A stretch of 64,000 bases of DNA from Octopus sinensis (lineage: Eukaryota): NCBI RefSeq assembly GCF_006345805.1, contig NC_042999.1, positions 89,652,001 through 89,716,000 of the forward strand, read 5' to 3'. Below are positions 35,650-47,959 of this stretch, piece after piece. Each line of letters starts with the position of its first letter. The stretch's first letter is position 1. The translations under genes and the position numbers were made by a program. The notes beneath the pieces are model-generated. The model ran no database searches and had not been told where the DNA came from. It was given only the letters and a program-made list of their open reading frames with translations.

Positions 35650-36750
35650 TAATCATAAGATATTTAATCGAACAATCAAAAATGTGTTAACTATGCAAAT
35701 CGGTGTACGCGATTTAATTAGGCCCTTAATAATTGAAGCTATAAATACAGTTTTGCTGTTGACAGTTAAGATTAAAGGAAACAGTTGCTGATGAAATCGT
35801 AATGACGATTGAAATTGTTTTGCAGGCGATTGCTCTTTTTGTCTACGGTAAAATTGCATGCACTTTACGACTATAAAGTATTTTTAAAATTATGATTAAT
35901 TTACACGCGAAGAGCAGACACAAATACAGAGGTTTATTCATTAGTTCAGCATCACATGAAAATAAATATTGACTTAACGCGTCGTTTCTAATAAGTTTTA
36001 TTTCGTATTGTTTATTAAGAGCTGGATTTCCTGAAAGGATAGCTATACAAGGATACACGTTAAAATAAATTGCGTCTGTATCTACAACAGTAATCCACAA
36101 TAAACCAATCAACTTAATCGCTGGCAAATCGGAACAAATAAGAGCTTTCGCGTCATAATGCGTCATCCGACAGACTGACTTTTGTTCTGAATGATAAAAT
36201 CGGAAAAATTATGCTTTTAAAAGCCTTATTAATCGAGGAAACTAATTAAATATCTCTTCACACCCAATTATGCTTTGTGTTTCAAAGTTGGTGTTTGCTT
36301 CCTAATGAAATAAGCCTCAGCAATTTCGTTTGTTTAGGATATGTGTGTCTCGCTAAAATGTTTCGCATGTTTGTCTTGTCAAATTGCTCTACTTTTCTAA
36401 TGTGTAGGCGTCGTTTGATCGTCTCTGTGAAATTGTTGCTACATTGGCAGGTTTATTTGCAAACATTACTTTCCAAGCATATTAGTCGATGATTGTCTGG
36501 CGATTCGTTTCCTGTTCCGATTTGCCAGCGATTAAGTTGATTGGTTTATTGTGGATTACTGTTGTAGATACAGACGCAATTTATTTTAACGTGTATCCTT
36601 GTATAGCTATCCTTTCAGGAAATCCAGCTCTTAATAAACAATACGAAATATATTTTTCATTTGCTTTCCATAGCATAGCATTAGCAGGTCTACATTTTGT
36701 AATTTGTTTTTGTTTATCTTTTCTTCTCCGCAATCAGTCTAGCTGATGAC
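35650..36750 (-). mobile_element. Penelope-like element end with GIY-YIG remnant and inverted terminal duplication
   Basis: CQCSNNFTETIKRRLHIRKVEQ (about 36384-36452) and IAEAYFIRKQTPTL (about 36277-36324); 138-bp perfect inverted repeat around them. Confidence 0.65.
35999..36650. repeat. Perfect 138-bp inverted repeat (35999-36136 / 36513-36650), 376-bp spacer
   Basis: Base-by-base reverse complement; the ORF track shows the identical peptide on opposite strands. Confidence 0.95.
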
Positions 36751-37032
36751 AGTGCCTGGTGCATTGTTTATATGCTTTTCTCCACCCACTGAAACGCACG
36801 CTCACTCTACATGACAGTGTCACTAACCTCAAGTGGACAACATCACTGAATTTTCTGTGTGCGCAATACGACTCAGCGGATTTTGGAGCAGTTAATTTCA
36901 TCTACTAAATTCCTAGTACTTAAAATTTTGTAAGCATGCGGACTGTAGTTGCAGAAACACGTCTCTCTTGGTACCCTTCTTGCAAAGGAAGTTTACCATT
37001 CTTTGTAAGAATATATTTCATGAGATACATCA

Positions 37033-37067
<35 letters not shown>

Positions 37068-37189
37068 TGCGCGCACGCACACACATAGGTATGTATGTAT
37101 GGATGGATGGATTCATTCATCCATTCATATACACGTGCATATATATATATTTTACCACGGATGTATATTATTTTAGTCGAATGAAGGAA

Positions 37190-37333
37190 CCGCAGTACTT
37201 TTATCTTTTTTTGTTTGGCACTTACTCCATCGATCTCTTTTGTCGAAACGCTAAATTCCGGGGACGTAAACACACCAACACTGGTTGTCAAGCGGTAATG
37301 AGGAACAAGCAGAAACACACACACACACACACA

Positions 37334-37408
<75 letters not shown>

Positions 37409-37424
37409 ACACACACACACACAC

Positions 37425-37474
<50 letters not shown>

Positions 37475-37610
37475 ACGGGCTTCTTTGAGTTTCTGTCTAC
37501 CAAATCCACTCACAAATCTTTGGTCGGTACGAGGCTATAGAAGAAGACTCTTGCCCAAAGTACCACCCAGTGGGATTGACTCAGTACCATGTGGTTGGGA
37601 AGCAATACAT
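37190..37610 (-). mobile_element. SINE family B with internal (CA)n/(TA)n
   Basis: gggacgtaaacacaccaacac...aaatccactcacaa...cttgcccaaag...accatgtggttggg. Confidence 0.85.
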
Positions 37611-38086
37611 TTTTTAAACACAATTTCATCTAGATTCGGGCGCAGGTTATGGACAGCAAACTAGTAAATCATATTCCAGATAGGATGTGTTTTATTACGT
37701 TCGCAGCAGCACAAAACTTTTGTATTACTGGTTTTAAAAGAATATGTTACCGATTATCGGTAGGAAAATGTTTAACGATTAGCATTTTGAAATTTCAAGC
37801 GAAAAGCTATCATTAAGGTAATAAGGTTAAGAGGGTGTCATCTATGTACGTGCCGTTTCTAGAAATAATCATATATGTTTAACTAGGCACTTATCTCCCA
37901 CGTTTAAAGGAAAAGGTGTAAATGTAGACATTTACTTCTCACTACCCAATACATTAAAAACGCAGGATACGTAAAATATCAAGCACATATTGAAATATTG
38001 AAACTTATTGTAAACAAGTTCCAATGAGTCCTTGTTCTACGAAACTCGCCAAATAAAACAGGAATATTAATTTCAGTTATACCAAC

Positions 38087-38201
38087 CCGTTTCTTTTCTT
38101 CTTCTTTCTCTTTGACCCGCTGCATTTTTTCTTTCTTGTAGCGTTCTATATCTTGTGCAGCTTGTAACTTGTGACGCCTGATCTTTTCCAGTTCCAGTGA
38201 C
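38087..38201 (-). CDS. Host gene exon, coiled coil (R|SLELEKIRRHKLQAAQDIERYKKEKMQRVKEKEEEKKR)
   Basis: Acceptor aatattctag, donor cgg|gttggt, 115 nt, phase 2 to 0. Confidence 0.8.
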
Positions 38202-38501
38202 CTAGAATATTAAGCGCATACATTACTATTAATTTGCTCCATGCGTTAGTGCATTTAAATTATTAATTTATTGACTTTTGAGGATTAGGAGTATCTATCG
38301 ATATGGTGTGAAGAAAGTTTATTTGTGACGATAAAAGCTGAAATGGAAGTTGACCGGGTAATTCTGAACTCAGCATGTAAAGCGTCTACACTCTGACGAT
38401 TCTTCGAGCTTTGCTCAAATAGCGTCCCATATTTTCGATCTAAAAATAAAAACTACATTAAAAATAAACAATTTCAATGAAAAACAAAATATATCACTTG
38501 C

Positions 38502-38731
38502 CTTCTTGAATCTTGAAATGTTTCCAGAGTATCTTTTTCTGTTGGATTAGTAACACTTGTGGTTTCGTCATAAAATTCGTGAGGATAATTCTGGTCATCT
38601 TTACTGTCGTTATGCTCATTTGTGTTTTCTTTATTGTTGTATATATTTGAATCATCATTTCCATTACTAGAATCTTGCGCCCCTCCTCTGTCATGCGTTG
38701 GAGATGAAAATGTGTTCATTGTATGCTTCAT
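38502..38731 (-). CDS. Probable first coding exon (MKHTMNTFSS...TFQDSR), acidic and low complexity, GC donor
   Basis: ATG 38731 with an upstream in-frame stop and acceptor catcag near 38767; donor aag|gcaagt gives the phase 2 needed by 38087-38201. Confidence 0.65.
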
Positions 38732-38791
38732 TAGTCGAGTTTCACTGGGATACTGCGGTTACGCACCTGATGTGACAACAACATAAACAGC

Positions 38792-38854
<63 letters not shown>

Positions 38855-39030
38855 TGTTTCAAATTTTAGCACAAGGCCAGAAATTTTAAGTGGAGCGGAA
38901 AGTCAATTACATCGATCTCAGTACTTGATTGATACTGTATTTTATCGATCCCGGTGAGATTTGAACTCAGAACGTAAAGAGCCGAAGAAAAAAAAGCAAG
39001 GCATTTTTTCGATGCTCTACCGACCCTCAA
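38855..39030 (-). mobile_element. SINE family A followed by (AAT)n on its own 3' side region
   Basis: ttcaaattttagcacaaggcc...ttttatcgatcc...atttgaactcagaacg. Confidence 0.8.
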
Positions 39031-39825
39031 AGCTAGAATAATAACAATTTTTTTCCATTATTGAATACAAAGACACATACATGCATACATATAGCAATGT
39101 GTACTAACAGGTTACAATGTATGCGTGATATAAAACGAAGGGAGAGGCAAAGACGGTATACAATATATAAGAAAAAATGGTTGAGAATATAAAAATCGAT
39201 TGCGAAAAAATATAGAATAAATAAGAGAAAATATAATTTTAAAAAAAAAGTATATTCCATCTTGGTTAGCTCATAGAACCCCAAAAATTTACCCTTATTT
39301 CACTCCTTGAACAAACGACACTTTTAACATCATTTGAGTTGAGTGGAGACTGAAAATTCCTATATACTCAATTTAGTGAGAACTTGCTAGGGAACATTTT
39401 TTCAATTGTCAATGTTCTGCATGGTTATAACTATCATATCATACTAAATTCCATTCCGTGAATGCTTTCTCCCCAAACTCGTAAGACACATTGCAATGTA
39501 TTAGCTTGCACTTTTTATGTTGTATTTTGTTTGGCTGTAGTTGGCATTTCTTTTTTCTCCTACAATCATATCTCTAGGTGATGGGGATGAAGCTACTGGT
39601 TATTACGATCGGGAGACAGGGTATCAATTCGCTGGTTTTCAGGATTGATTACAAAGTAATCTTTTGTTCCATTTCCCTAATTGTGGTAGATATTGATCTA
39701 AAAACTAGAACTCACTATTCTTGTTGTTGCCTCTGCTGCTCTATCACCTGCACTTCTCCATTGTTTTTCCAACCATTTAGGGTAAAAATTTAAAAAAACA
39801 CAAAGACATTCAAGTAATTTTTACT

Positions 39826-39951
39826 GGTAAGAAGCTTGCTTCCCAACTACATGGTCCCGGGTTCAATCCCACTGTGTGACATCTTGGGCAAGAGTCTTCT
39901 ACTATAACCTCAGTGAGTGGATTTGGCAGTCGGAAACTGAAAGAACTATAA

Positions 39952-39984
<33 letters not shown>

Positions 39985-40031
39985 GTGTGTGTGTGTGCGT
40001 GTGTGCGTGTGTGTGTGTATGTATATATGTT

Positions 40032-40080
<49 letters not shown>

Positions 40081-40305
40081 ATGTGTGTGTGTGAGTGTGT
40101 GTGTGAGTGTATGTGTGTGTGTGTGTGTTTGGGTCTGCGTTTGTTCCCCCATCATCGTTTGACAACCCGTGTTGGCGTCTTTACGTCCCCGTAACGTAGC
40201 GGTTCGAAATAAGGGCCCGATAGAATAAGTACCAGGCTTTAAAATAAGTACTGGGGGGGTCGATTCATTCAACTAAAAATTCAAGGCAGAGCCCCAGCAT
40301 GGCCC
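39826..40305 (+). mobile_element. SINE family B with internal (TA)n/(GT)n
   Basis: B-box gggttcaatccc, gtgagtggatttgg, 3' half tttgacaacc...ccagcatggcc. Confidence 0.85.
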
Positions 40306-41160
40306 ATTTAGACAAGAGTGTCACCACCCAAACAAACCCTTTGGATAAATAATATCCAGAAAAAAATAGAAAATAAAAGAAAGGATCTGTCAATCCTTAA
40401 TGAAACTAGTAGACAATCAACACTACTAAACAACAAGAAAAGAAGAAAAATTCTACGTAAATACAAAATTACAGAACAAGGTATACTCGAGATAAAAGAA
40501 CAGCTAAAGCAAGATATCCATGCCAAAGTACAAAGAATCAGCCGATATGAGAAACGCCAAAGTTTCTTTGAACAAAACAAACAGTTCAACTCCAGCCCCA
40601 GAAGATTCTACCAAGAACTTGGCAAAAATAAAATAGAGATCAATGCAGCACCAACAGCAGAAGTGGAAGAATTTTGGAAAGAAATATGGTCGACGAAGAA
40701 ACAACCTTAGAAAATATCTATTAAAATAATAAACACAGTACCTGAACAACTCAGGCTCCTATAACAACTGAACAGATCAACCAGGCTCTGCAAAAACTAC
40801 GCAAGTGGAAGACACCCGGGTACGACAAGATCCCCAACTTCTGGTTAAAATATCTGACAGGAATACCTAAAACGCTGGCTGAGAAGTTTAATGCATTATA
40901 CTTGCAGAGCAGAAACAATGCCTAAATAACTCACGGAAGGGGCAACTATGGTGATACCCAAATCCACTGAAAAGGCAAACCCAGAAAATTACAGACCGAT
41001 ATCATATCTCACTACAATCTACAAAGCCTTGACTGCAATAATATCGCAGAGAATGAGCAAACACCTGAAAAAAAAAAAACCTGTTTCTAGAAAAGAAGGG
41101 ATGCTGCAAGGGCTCATGCGGCTGTAAAGATCAGCTACTGATCCATAAAGCCATAGCCAT
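40305..41160 (+). mobile_element. R4/Dong-type LINE internal fragment (pre-RT to RT start)
   Basis: RISRYEKRQ..QNKQFN, EEFWKEIW, PGYDKIPNFWLK, NYRPI and GCCKGSCGCKDQL; homologous to 19626-20140. Confidence 0.85.
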
Positions 41161-41180
41161 ATTGACACTTGAGGATTAGA

Positions 41181-41658
41181 AGTCTCGTGGCTTTTGATCT
41201 TAACCGATTGGAAGTCTTATCATGTACATTGTTTTGTCTTTGTATAAAAGATGGGCTACAGCAAATATTCTGCTCAATACCACAGATTTGCTTGCCAGTT
41301 GTTTAACTTTAACTAGTCGAGCATGTCTCTTAGTGTCTGACGATATGTGCATCTCTGACCACGAGCAGAAGTAGTGGGGGAGCATCATAGCCATGTGTTG
41401 ATAGGGATTCTTTAGAGGTTTGGATAATTCACCTCTGGAAACAGATCTTTTGTTCATCATCCGTAAAACAAACCTTATTCAGAGACCTCTTGAGTAGAAT
41501 GGGTTACTCGACCTGAAGAAAATTCTAACTGGGCCCTACCTGCAAAGTCATTCGCTGTTTATCTTGATATGAGATCACGGGTAATCATTATGGGTATATT
41601 AGGCTTCCCATATTTGTACTCCAGTGTCACTTTGATGGCATGCACTGCTCTCTCACTC
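41181..41658 (+). mobile_element. Non-coding ~500-bp interspersed repeat (copy 2) ending in an (AAT)n tail
   Basis: Reverse complement of 4321-4830; ends gcactgctctctcactc then aataataat. Confidence 0.8.
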
Positions 41659-41714
41659 AATAATAATAATAATAATTATTATTATTATTGCTGTTGTTGT
41701 TGTTGTTGTTGTTG

Positions 41715-41784
<70 letters not shown>

Positions 41785-41785
41785 C

Positions 41786-42035
41786 ATCTTTTTTTCTTCT
41801 TTCAAATTTGCTTCCATTTCTTGCCGAGTATCTTCCCGACTCCTAGGGCAAAGAAACTCATAGTATACATTGGTAGGCCATTAAACTAAACTCACTAGTT
41901 CGTTCATTTTTTTTTAAAGTTAAATTAAAATACATGGGTAGTAATAGTTCTCACATAGACAATGCTCTTCTCAATACGTGTGATGTACCAGTTAAGACAA
42001 TCTTTTGCACTTCTTTCAGGGATGGTAAGCCAGGG

Positions 42036-42036
<1 letters not shown>
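41786..42036 (-). mobile_element. Short R4/Dong-type 3' end, flanked both sides by (AAT)n on its strand
   Basis: IPGLPSLKEVQKIVLTGTSHVLRRALSM* (stop 41951-41953). Confidence 0.8.
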
Positions 42037-42086
<50 letters not shown>

Positions 42087-42099
42087 GTTATTATTTCTA

Positions 42100-42305
42100 C
42101 TATAGGCACAAGGCCTTGAAAATTTTAGGTGTAGGGAGCTAGTGGATCATATTGCCTCTAGTGCGTAACTGGTACTATTTCATCGATCCCAAAAGGATGA
42201 AAGGCAAAGTCAACATTGGCGGAATTTGAACACAAAACGTAAAGACGAACGAAATATCGCTAAGCATTTTGCCCGGCGTGCTAACGATTCTGCCAGCTTG
42301 CTGCC
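42100..42305 (-). mobile_element. SINE family A
   Basis: Near-full reverse-complement copy. Confidence 0.85.
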
Positions 42306-42597
42306 TTAGTTGTGTAGTTTTCCAGCTGCGAGGGATCACTGCAGGATGTGTCGAAACGATCGTTGTGAGCAATACAGTTTATCATGTATTCTATTTTCCG
42401 TCTCTGTCACTTGTTTTATACATACCTACATACATGCATACATACATACACACATACATACATAAATACATAATACATACATACATATGTAGGTATGTAC
42501 ATATATGTATGTATATATGCATATATTTATATATTATTTATATTATTATATGGTCGAACGTCACGCATCCTTTTCCAAGTAAGTTTATCTTTCATAA

Positions 42598-42648
<51 letters not shown>

Positions 42649-43012
42649 CACACACATACACACACATATAGAGAAGGGGAGACATATATTTATAAATACA
42701 TATATACATACATATTTGTTTATACAGGAACAGTTTTAAGCATGCACACAACTACAAGTGAAGACACGACTCGATTTGAGTTTTTTTTTTAACAATTGTT
42801 TTAATACAAGTTCTTTTTTGTTTAGTTTACAACAATACTTTTTGTTAATCAATAAACGTTCCTGGACCGATTTTATATGGGAATATTAATAAGCTCAGCA
42901 AGCATATTGTTCATATAAACACAGAGAGCTAATATCAAAATACGAAAAGAAAAAATCATTAAAGAGAGATATGAAAAATCATTGATGTGTATTTGTATAT
43001 GTGTGTGTATAC

Positions 43013-43250
43013 GGCGGCGAGCTGACAGAAACGTTAACACGCCGGGCGAAATGCTTAGCAGTATTTCGCCTGCCGTTACGTTCTGAGTTCAAATTCCGCC
43101 GAGGTCGACTTTGCCTTTCATCCTTTCGGGGTTCGATATATTAAGTACCAGTTACGCACTGGGTTTGATGTAATCGACTTATTCTGTTTGTCTGTCCTTG
43201 TTTGTCCCCTCTGTGTTTAGCCCCTTGTGGGTAGTAAAGAAATAGGTATA
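43013..43250 (+). mobile_element. SINE family A, young copy with alternative 3' tail
   Basis: ggcggcgagctgacag...gagttcaaattccgccgaggtcgactttgcctttcatcctttcgggg; tail ...gccccttgtgggtagtaaagaaatagg. Confidence 0.9.
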
Positions 43251-43604
43251 TGTGTGTATACAAGTTTGCATGCGTGCGTGCGTGTGCGTGTGTTTGTGTG
43301 TGTGTGTGAGAGAGAGAGAGTGTGTGTGTGTGGATGTATGTGCGTATATACATGTACGGATATGCATAATATGTGTGTACGTTCGTATGTTTTTGTGTGT
43401 ATATACCAATATGGCGCAACCTCGCTTTCAGACATAACTTGAGGGAAACATGACTACAATTATCTAAGTTTTTCAAATTTATTTTCCCTTTCAATACTTT
43501 ATTTTACCATTGTATTTATACATTTTGCCAAAACGTCTACATTTTTAATGGATCAAAACTTCTCGCCTTAGTTTAAATACATCTTCGGGTTTACTGTCGA
43601 TGTT

Positions 43605-43692
43605 GCTGTTGCTGTTTTTGTTGTTGTTGTTGTTGTTGTTGTTGTTGCTGCTGGTGGTGGTGGTGGTGGTGGTGGTGGTGGTGGTGGTGGTG
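43605..43692. repeat. (GTT)n-(GGT)n microsatellite
   Basis: Direct reading. Confidence 0.95.
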
Positions 43693-43829
43693 GCTTTATA
43701 GTTTTAGCCCCCAGGTTATCTAATTGAGTAATCCTATAACCAAAATTATTACATCTTTTATATTCTGATACAGTTTTTCTACACCCACATTATCCAATAT
43801 ATACGTCTGTTTTGTAAGCAAGTTGCATG

Positions 43830-44986
43830 TGGTGTGTGAGAGAAATTTTGCTGATAAATTTAACAGAATGAACGTTCATGAAGCGGTTTCTTCATTGCCT
43901 CAAATTTATGATAGTACTTGCTAAGCAAAGGCAAAATTTTATTATACAAGAAACTTGCATCCCAACCACATGGTGGTTGGGCTAGTGTCTTCTGCAATAA
44001 CCTCGGGCGTACAAGCAACATTGCGTCGAGGAAGATATGGGAGACGGTGCAAGACAATACCGTTTTGATTAGAAATAGCATGAAGTATACAAGAAAAACC
44101 AGTAAAGACCTTCAGAGAGATTTGGCTACAGCTGGTGTAAATTTTTCGTCTTCAACTATCCGACGAAGGCGCCATGAATCTGACAGACCTGCTAGAAAGC
44201 CGGTAGATAAACATTTATTGACTGCTGTTATGAAAAGAAAACGTCTGCGCTGGACACGCGATCATACTGGTTGGAAGGCAGAAGATTGAAAAAAAGTAAT
44301 ATATTGGATGAATCGCATTTTGAGTGTATGGGTACAGCTCAGTGGTAGTGAGACAAAGAAAAGGTGAGCTTCATCGGCTATGGCACATTCAACAAGCGCC
44401 AAAACACGTACCTAAGGTATTGTTTTGGGGTTGTTTTATTGCTGAATGTCCGGGGCAGCTTATTAATGTCGAGGAAATGATGAATAGCGATAAAAACAAG
44501 GTGATCTTACAGGCTCACTTGTTTCTCGTGATGCAAAGGGATTTTCCTGATGGAAATGGCATTTTCCAGCAGGATCTCGTTCCGTGACATACTTTCAGAA
44601 AAATGCGCATATTCTTCAGAGAAAATGAAATAAGCGTCCTCGATTGGCCCGGACACTCTCGTGAAGTCAACCTCATTGTAAACTTATGGACTATATAGCA
44701 AATGCAGAATCGAAAAAAAAAAAATAAACGATTGTTCGACGATGGAGAAGCTAACCTGTGTTGTTATTAGGGCTTGGTACCATGACGGAAACCTGAAAAA
44801 AATGTGTCCAACATTGGTGGATTCTGTGCCAAACCTTGTGAAGATGCTTATACATGCAAACAGTAGCCATATTTCATTTTAAATATATCATCGCTCATAT
44901 AATTACCACGCGTTTTCAGAATAAATATCAGTTTAATAAATAATAGTATTATTTCATCACTGCCCGGATTAATTTGCACAGTACTG
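43830..44986 (+). mobile_element. Tc1-like transposase remnant with right TIR
   Basis: RKTSKDLQ, KRKRLRW, DES, VLFWGCF, IFQQD, LDWPGHS..N.I.NLW; ends tgcccggattaatttgcacagtactg then TA. Confidence 0.85.
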
Positions 44987-44994
44987 TAAGTATG

Positions 44995-45180
44995 TCTATG
45001 TTTATCCCCCATTACCGCTTGACAACTGGTGTTGATGTGGTCACATCCTCCGTAACTTAGCGGTTCGGCAAAAGAGAGCGATAGAATAAGTACTAGGTTT
45101 CACAAAATAAATCCTGGGGTCGATTGTGCCCCAGCATGGCTGCAGTCAAATGACCGAAACTAGTAAAATATAAAAGATAA
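44995..45180 (+). mobile_element. SINE family B, 3' half
   Basis: cgtaacttagcggttcggcaaaagagagcgatagaataagtactagg...cagcatggctgcagtcaaatgac. Confidence 0.8.
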
Positions 45181-45329
45181 AAGATACATACATACATACA
45201 TACATACATACATACATACATGCATACATACATACATACATACATACATACATGCATGCATGCATACGAGGTGGTATCAAAAGGTTCCCCGACTAGTTAT
45301 GCTTAATAAAGAAATAACTTATTTACTCT

Positions 45330-45680
45330 TTTATTTGTATCAGTCATTTGGCAGCGCCCATGCTGGATCACTGCCTGTATTCTAACCAATGGACCCCAGG
45401 AATAAGTCTAGTACTTATTCTATCGGTCTCTTTTGGCGAACTGCTAAGTTACGGGGACGTAAACACACCAACATCGATTGTCAAGTGACAGTTGGAGACA
45501 AACACAGACACACAAACACACACATATACAACGAGCTTCTTTCTGTTTCCATCTACCAAATCCACTCACAAGGCGTTGGTTGACCCGAAGCTATAGCAGA
45601 AGATACTTGCCCAAGGTGTCGCGCAGTAGGACTGAGCCTGGAACCATGTGGTCGGGAAACAAGCTTCTCTATTTCAAGAT
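45330..45680 (-). mobile_element. SINE family B nested in mariner
   Basis: gtacttattctatcggtctcttttggcgaactgctaagttacggggacg...ggaaccatgtgg. Confidence 0.85.
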
Positions 45681-45913
45681 TTTGCCATAAAGGTATTACA
45701 CAGAGGGAGAAGCTTGCGGCTGGACATAAACATTAATGAGATAAATGATGAAAAGAATGATATTAATGAGAGAAGACAAAAGAAGCTCGCCGATCTTTTG
45801 CTTCTCTAAAACACTGTTCTTTTTCCCTTTTTTCTTTTTTTAAAAACATTTCATGACTTATTACATAATAATAACAGACAAAACATAAATCATAAATTGA
45901 GGCGCTAAGTCTC

Positions 45914-46306
45914 TTATCGATCATCCCCGATCAAATCTCTTGCTGCCTGCAGGCAATCCCGCAGCAGCAAGTCGGGGACCCAGAAAAGATAGTTATACTC
46001 TTCCTTCGAAAAGTAATAAATTACTTTATAAAAGTAGCTCTCATCCATGACCTCCGCAGCCATCTGCGGAGGCCAGTATGGACTATCCATGCAGGTCGGG
46101 ACCACCAGTTCCCGACCTTCAAAACTATCCACAAAGTTCTCTACGGCCCCTCCCTTGAGATAAAAAACCACATATTCTTCATTAGTTTCGCTGGGAGGGG
46201 TCACAACCTCCTCCGCCGGTGGCACAATTCCCACCGACAAAGTTTCGGGACATGCCGGCAGAGCATTGCAAACCGCCGGCACTGTCCCATTCTTCTTACC
46301 ACACAA
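45914..46306 (-). other. 5'-truncated open frame of unknown origin (130 codons) with A-rich tail, inserted in mariner
   Basis: About 50% GC, open up to the junction with mariner, stop at 45914, followed by an A-rich run near 45815-45845 on the minus strand. Confidence 0.5.
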
Positions 46307-47399
46307 TCTCCTTTGAAATAGTCACCTTGCACAGTAACACACCGGTCCCAGCGTTCCTGCTACTTTTGAAATCCGGCCTGGAAATTGTTTTTCGAAAGCG
46401 AGTCGGGGACATTCGGCGATTCGCTCTGGACCTCGACAACGGTGTTAAAACGGTGACCTTTCAGCTGTATTTTCATCTTGGAGAAGTAACTTAATTATTT
46501 CTTTCAAGAATATGTTTCTCTACAAAAGAGTTAAGCCATACATATGTACATACATATATGTATGTGTACGTATGTATGTATGTATGTATGTATGTATGTA
46601 TAACTCATAGGGTGCGTGCAGGAGAGCGAGAATCCAGTCCATTCTTAATAGTTTTGGCAAATTCGACTGCAAATACCTGGTCACTGTTGTATTCGATCAT
46701 CGGTGAATACCTCTTCGTTTTAGACAGATAATGTGTGTGTCTGTGTGTTCATAGCACACGCGATTCACTGGTGTAAGGGAACTGTTATAGATTTGGGTCA
46801 TAGATAAATACACCAGCAACTCAACCAAGCTTGCCGGTTGATGGTGATAAGTTCTGGACTCCCTGGGTGAGGAAAAACAAAACCTATTTTGAGAGAGTTT
46901 GCGGTATCTTATGATAAGCATATATACATTTGCGTACACACACACACACAAAAGTATGTATATGCACATGGAAGAAGGATAGTTCTAACTGAAACCTGCG
47001 ATAGTTGTTGTCAGGTGTCATTTTTGTTTTGTGTTGTTTTTCGTTTTTGCTTGTAGCTAGCCTAACGCCTTCAAGCGTTTAGAGATTAGCACTCGTGCCA
47101 TGCAAATGTCTACTAGATTGAAATTTGACGTGTGAGGACTTTCTGCATTTTTTTCTCTTCCTATACAAGTCAAAACCAAACATTCTTGAAAGTACAGATA
47201 GCTGACCTTTTGTTGCAGAGTTCAGAATGTATCTCATGCATCAGCGACAATGAAATACCAGCATTTCCACATTTCTCTTCCACCTAAACTACACTTTCAC
47301 ATGGAAGTGTAATGTAAGAGGAAGCTAACATGATTATCAGATAGCAAAACGTTGAAACATCTGTTGAAATATTATAGGTATCTGAGAGATGGAGTCTTG

Positions 47400-47700
47400 A
47401 TCTTACCAGTCTGTTGTATGTCCTCGTAGTCATGAGAGGCAATATAGCTTAACGGGAAAGAGGAACAGAGTGCAAAAGGTAACCATACATGATAGCGAGT
47501 CGACACAACTGTAGAAGGCAGGCCATTATTGTAGCAGAGAGAAGAATTTTTGGGACGGATGTGTATCTGTGAATGATTTTATGCAAACCAGTCGGGGGAA
47601 CCTTTTCTGGATGTTGTTCAGGATGTCTGTATGTGCAGCAGCAACGCTGTCCCAGTTATACGAACACTACTCCATTGTGGGCATCTCCTGACCATAATAC
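47400..47700 (-). mobile_element. CR1/L2-like LINE tail fragment
   Basis: PTME*CSYNWDSVAAAHTDILNNIQKR. Confidence 0.65.
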
Positions 47701-47959
47701 TTATGCATTGATTTTTAAAGAATAAAAATCAATGATTCTTCTTTCTGTGAAAATATGTTTCTTTGTTAAAGTTTTACGTCATCAGGAAATATACTAAATT
47801 TCTGATGTTTCGTGAATTCCTATAATAATAACATGAGCTCCGACAGCAATAACATTTTATTTGTTAAACTGCCCAAGCTTTTCTGATACAATTCTATTGC
47901 TAATGATCACAAACGACTGGTCTTTCTCTTCAGAGTCTAAAGATATTCAGCCACCACCA

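Larger units (their letters stand above)
45267..46490 (-). mobile_element. Second mariner end (same family as 34060), split by nested insertions
   Basis: TIR at about 45267-45325 matches 34060-34130; sequence resumes at about 46305-46490, matching 34140-34490. Confidence 0.75.

Noticed and set aside
36743-36770. CTGATGA plus 6-bp stem II
   Set aside because: Followed by TTTA, with no GAAA half of the core
39711-39780. Possible upstream coding exon (EVQVIEQQRQQQE) with ata|gtgagt donor
   Set aside because: No AG directly after the pyrimidine tract, and it needs a weak alternative acceptor in the next exon; left unannotated
39826-39900. tRNA gene
   Set aside because: A/B-box-like motifs belong to the SINE head; no complete cloverleaf or acceptor stem, and the same holds for the other SINE copies
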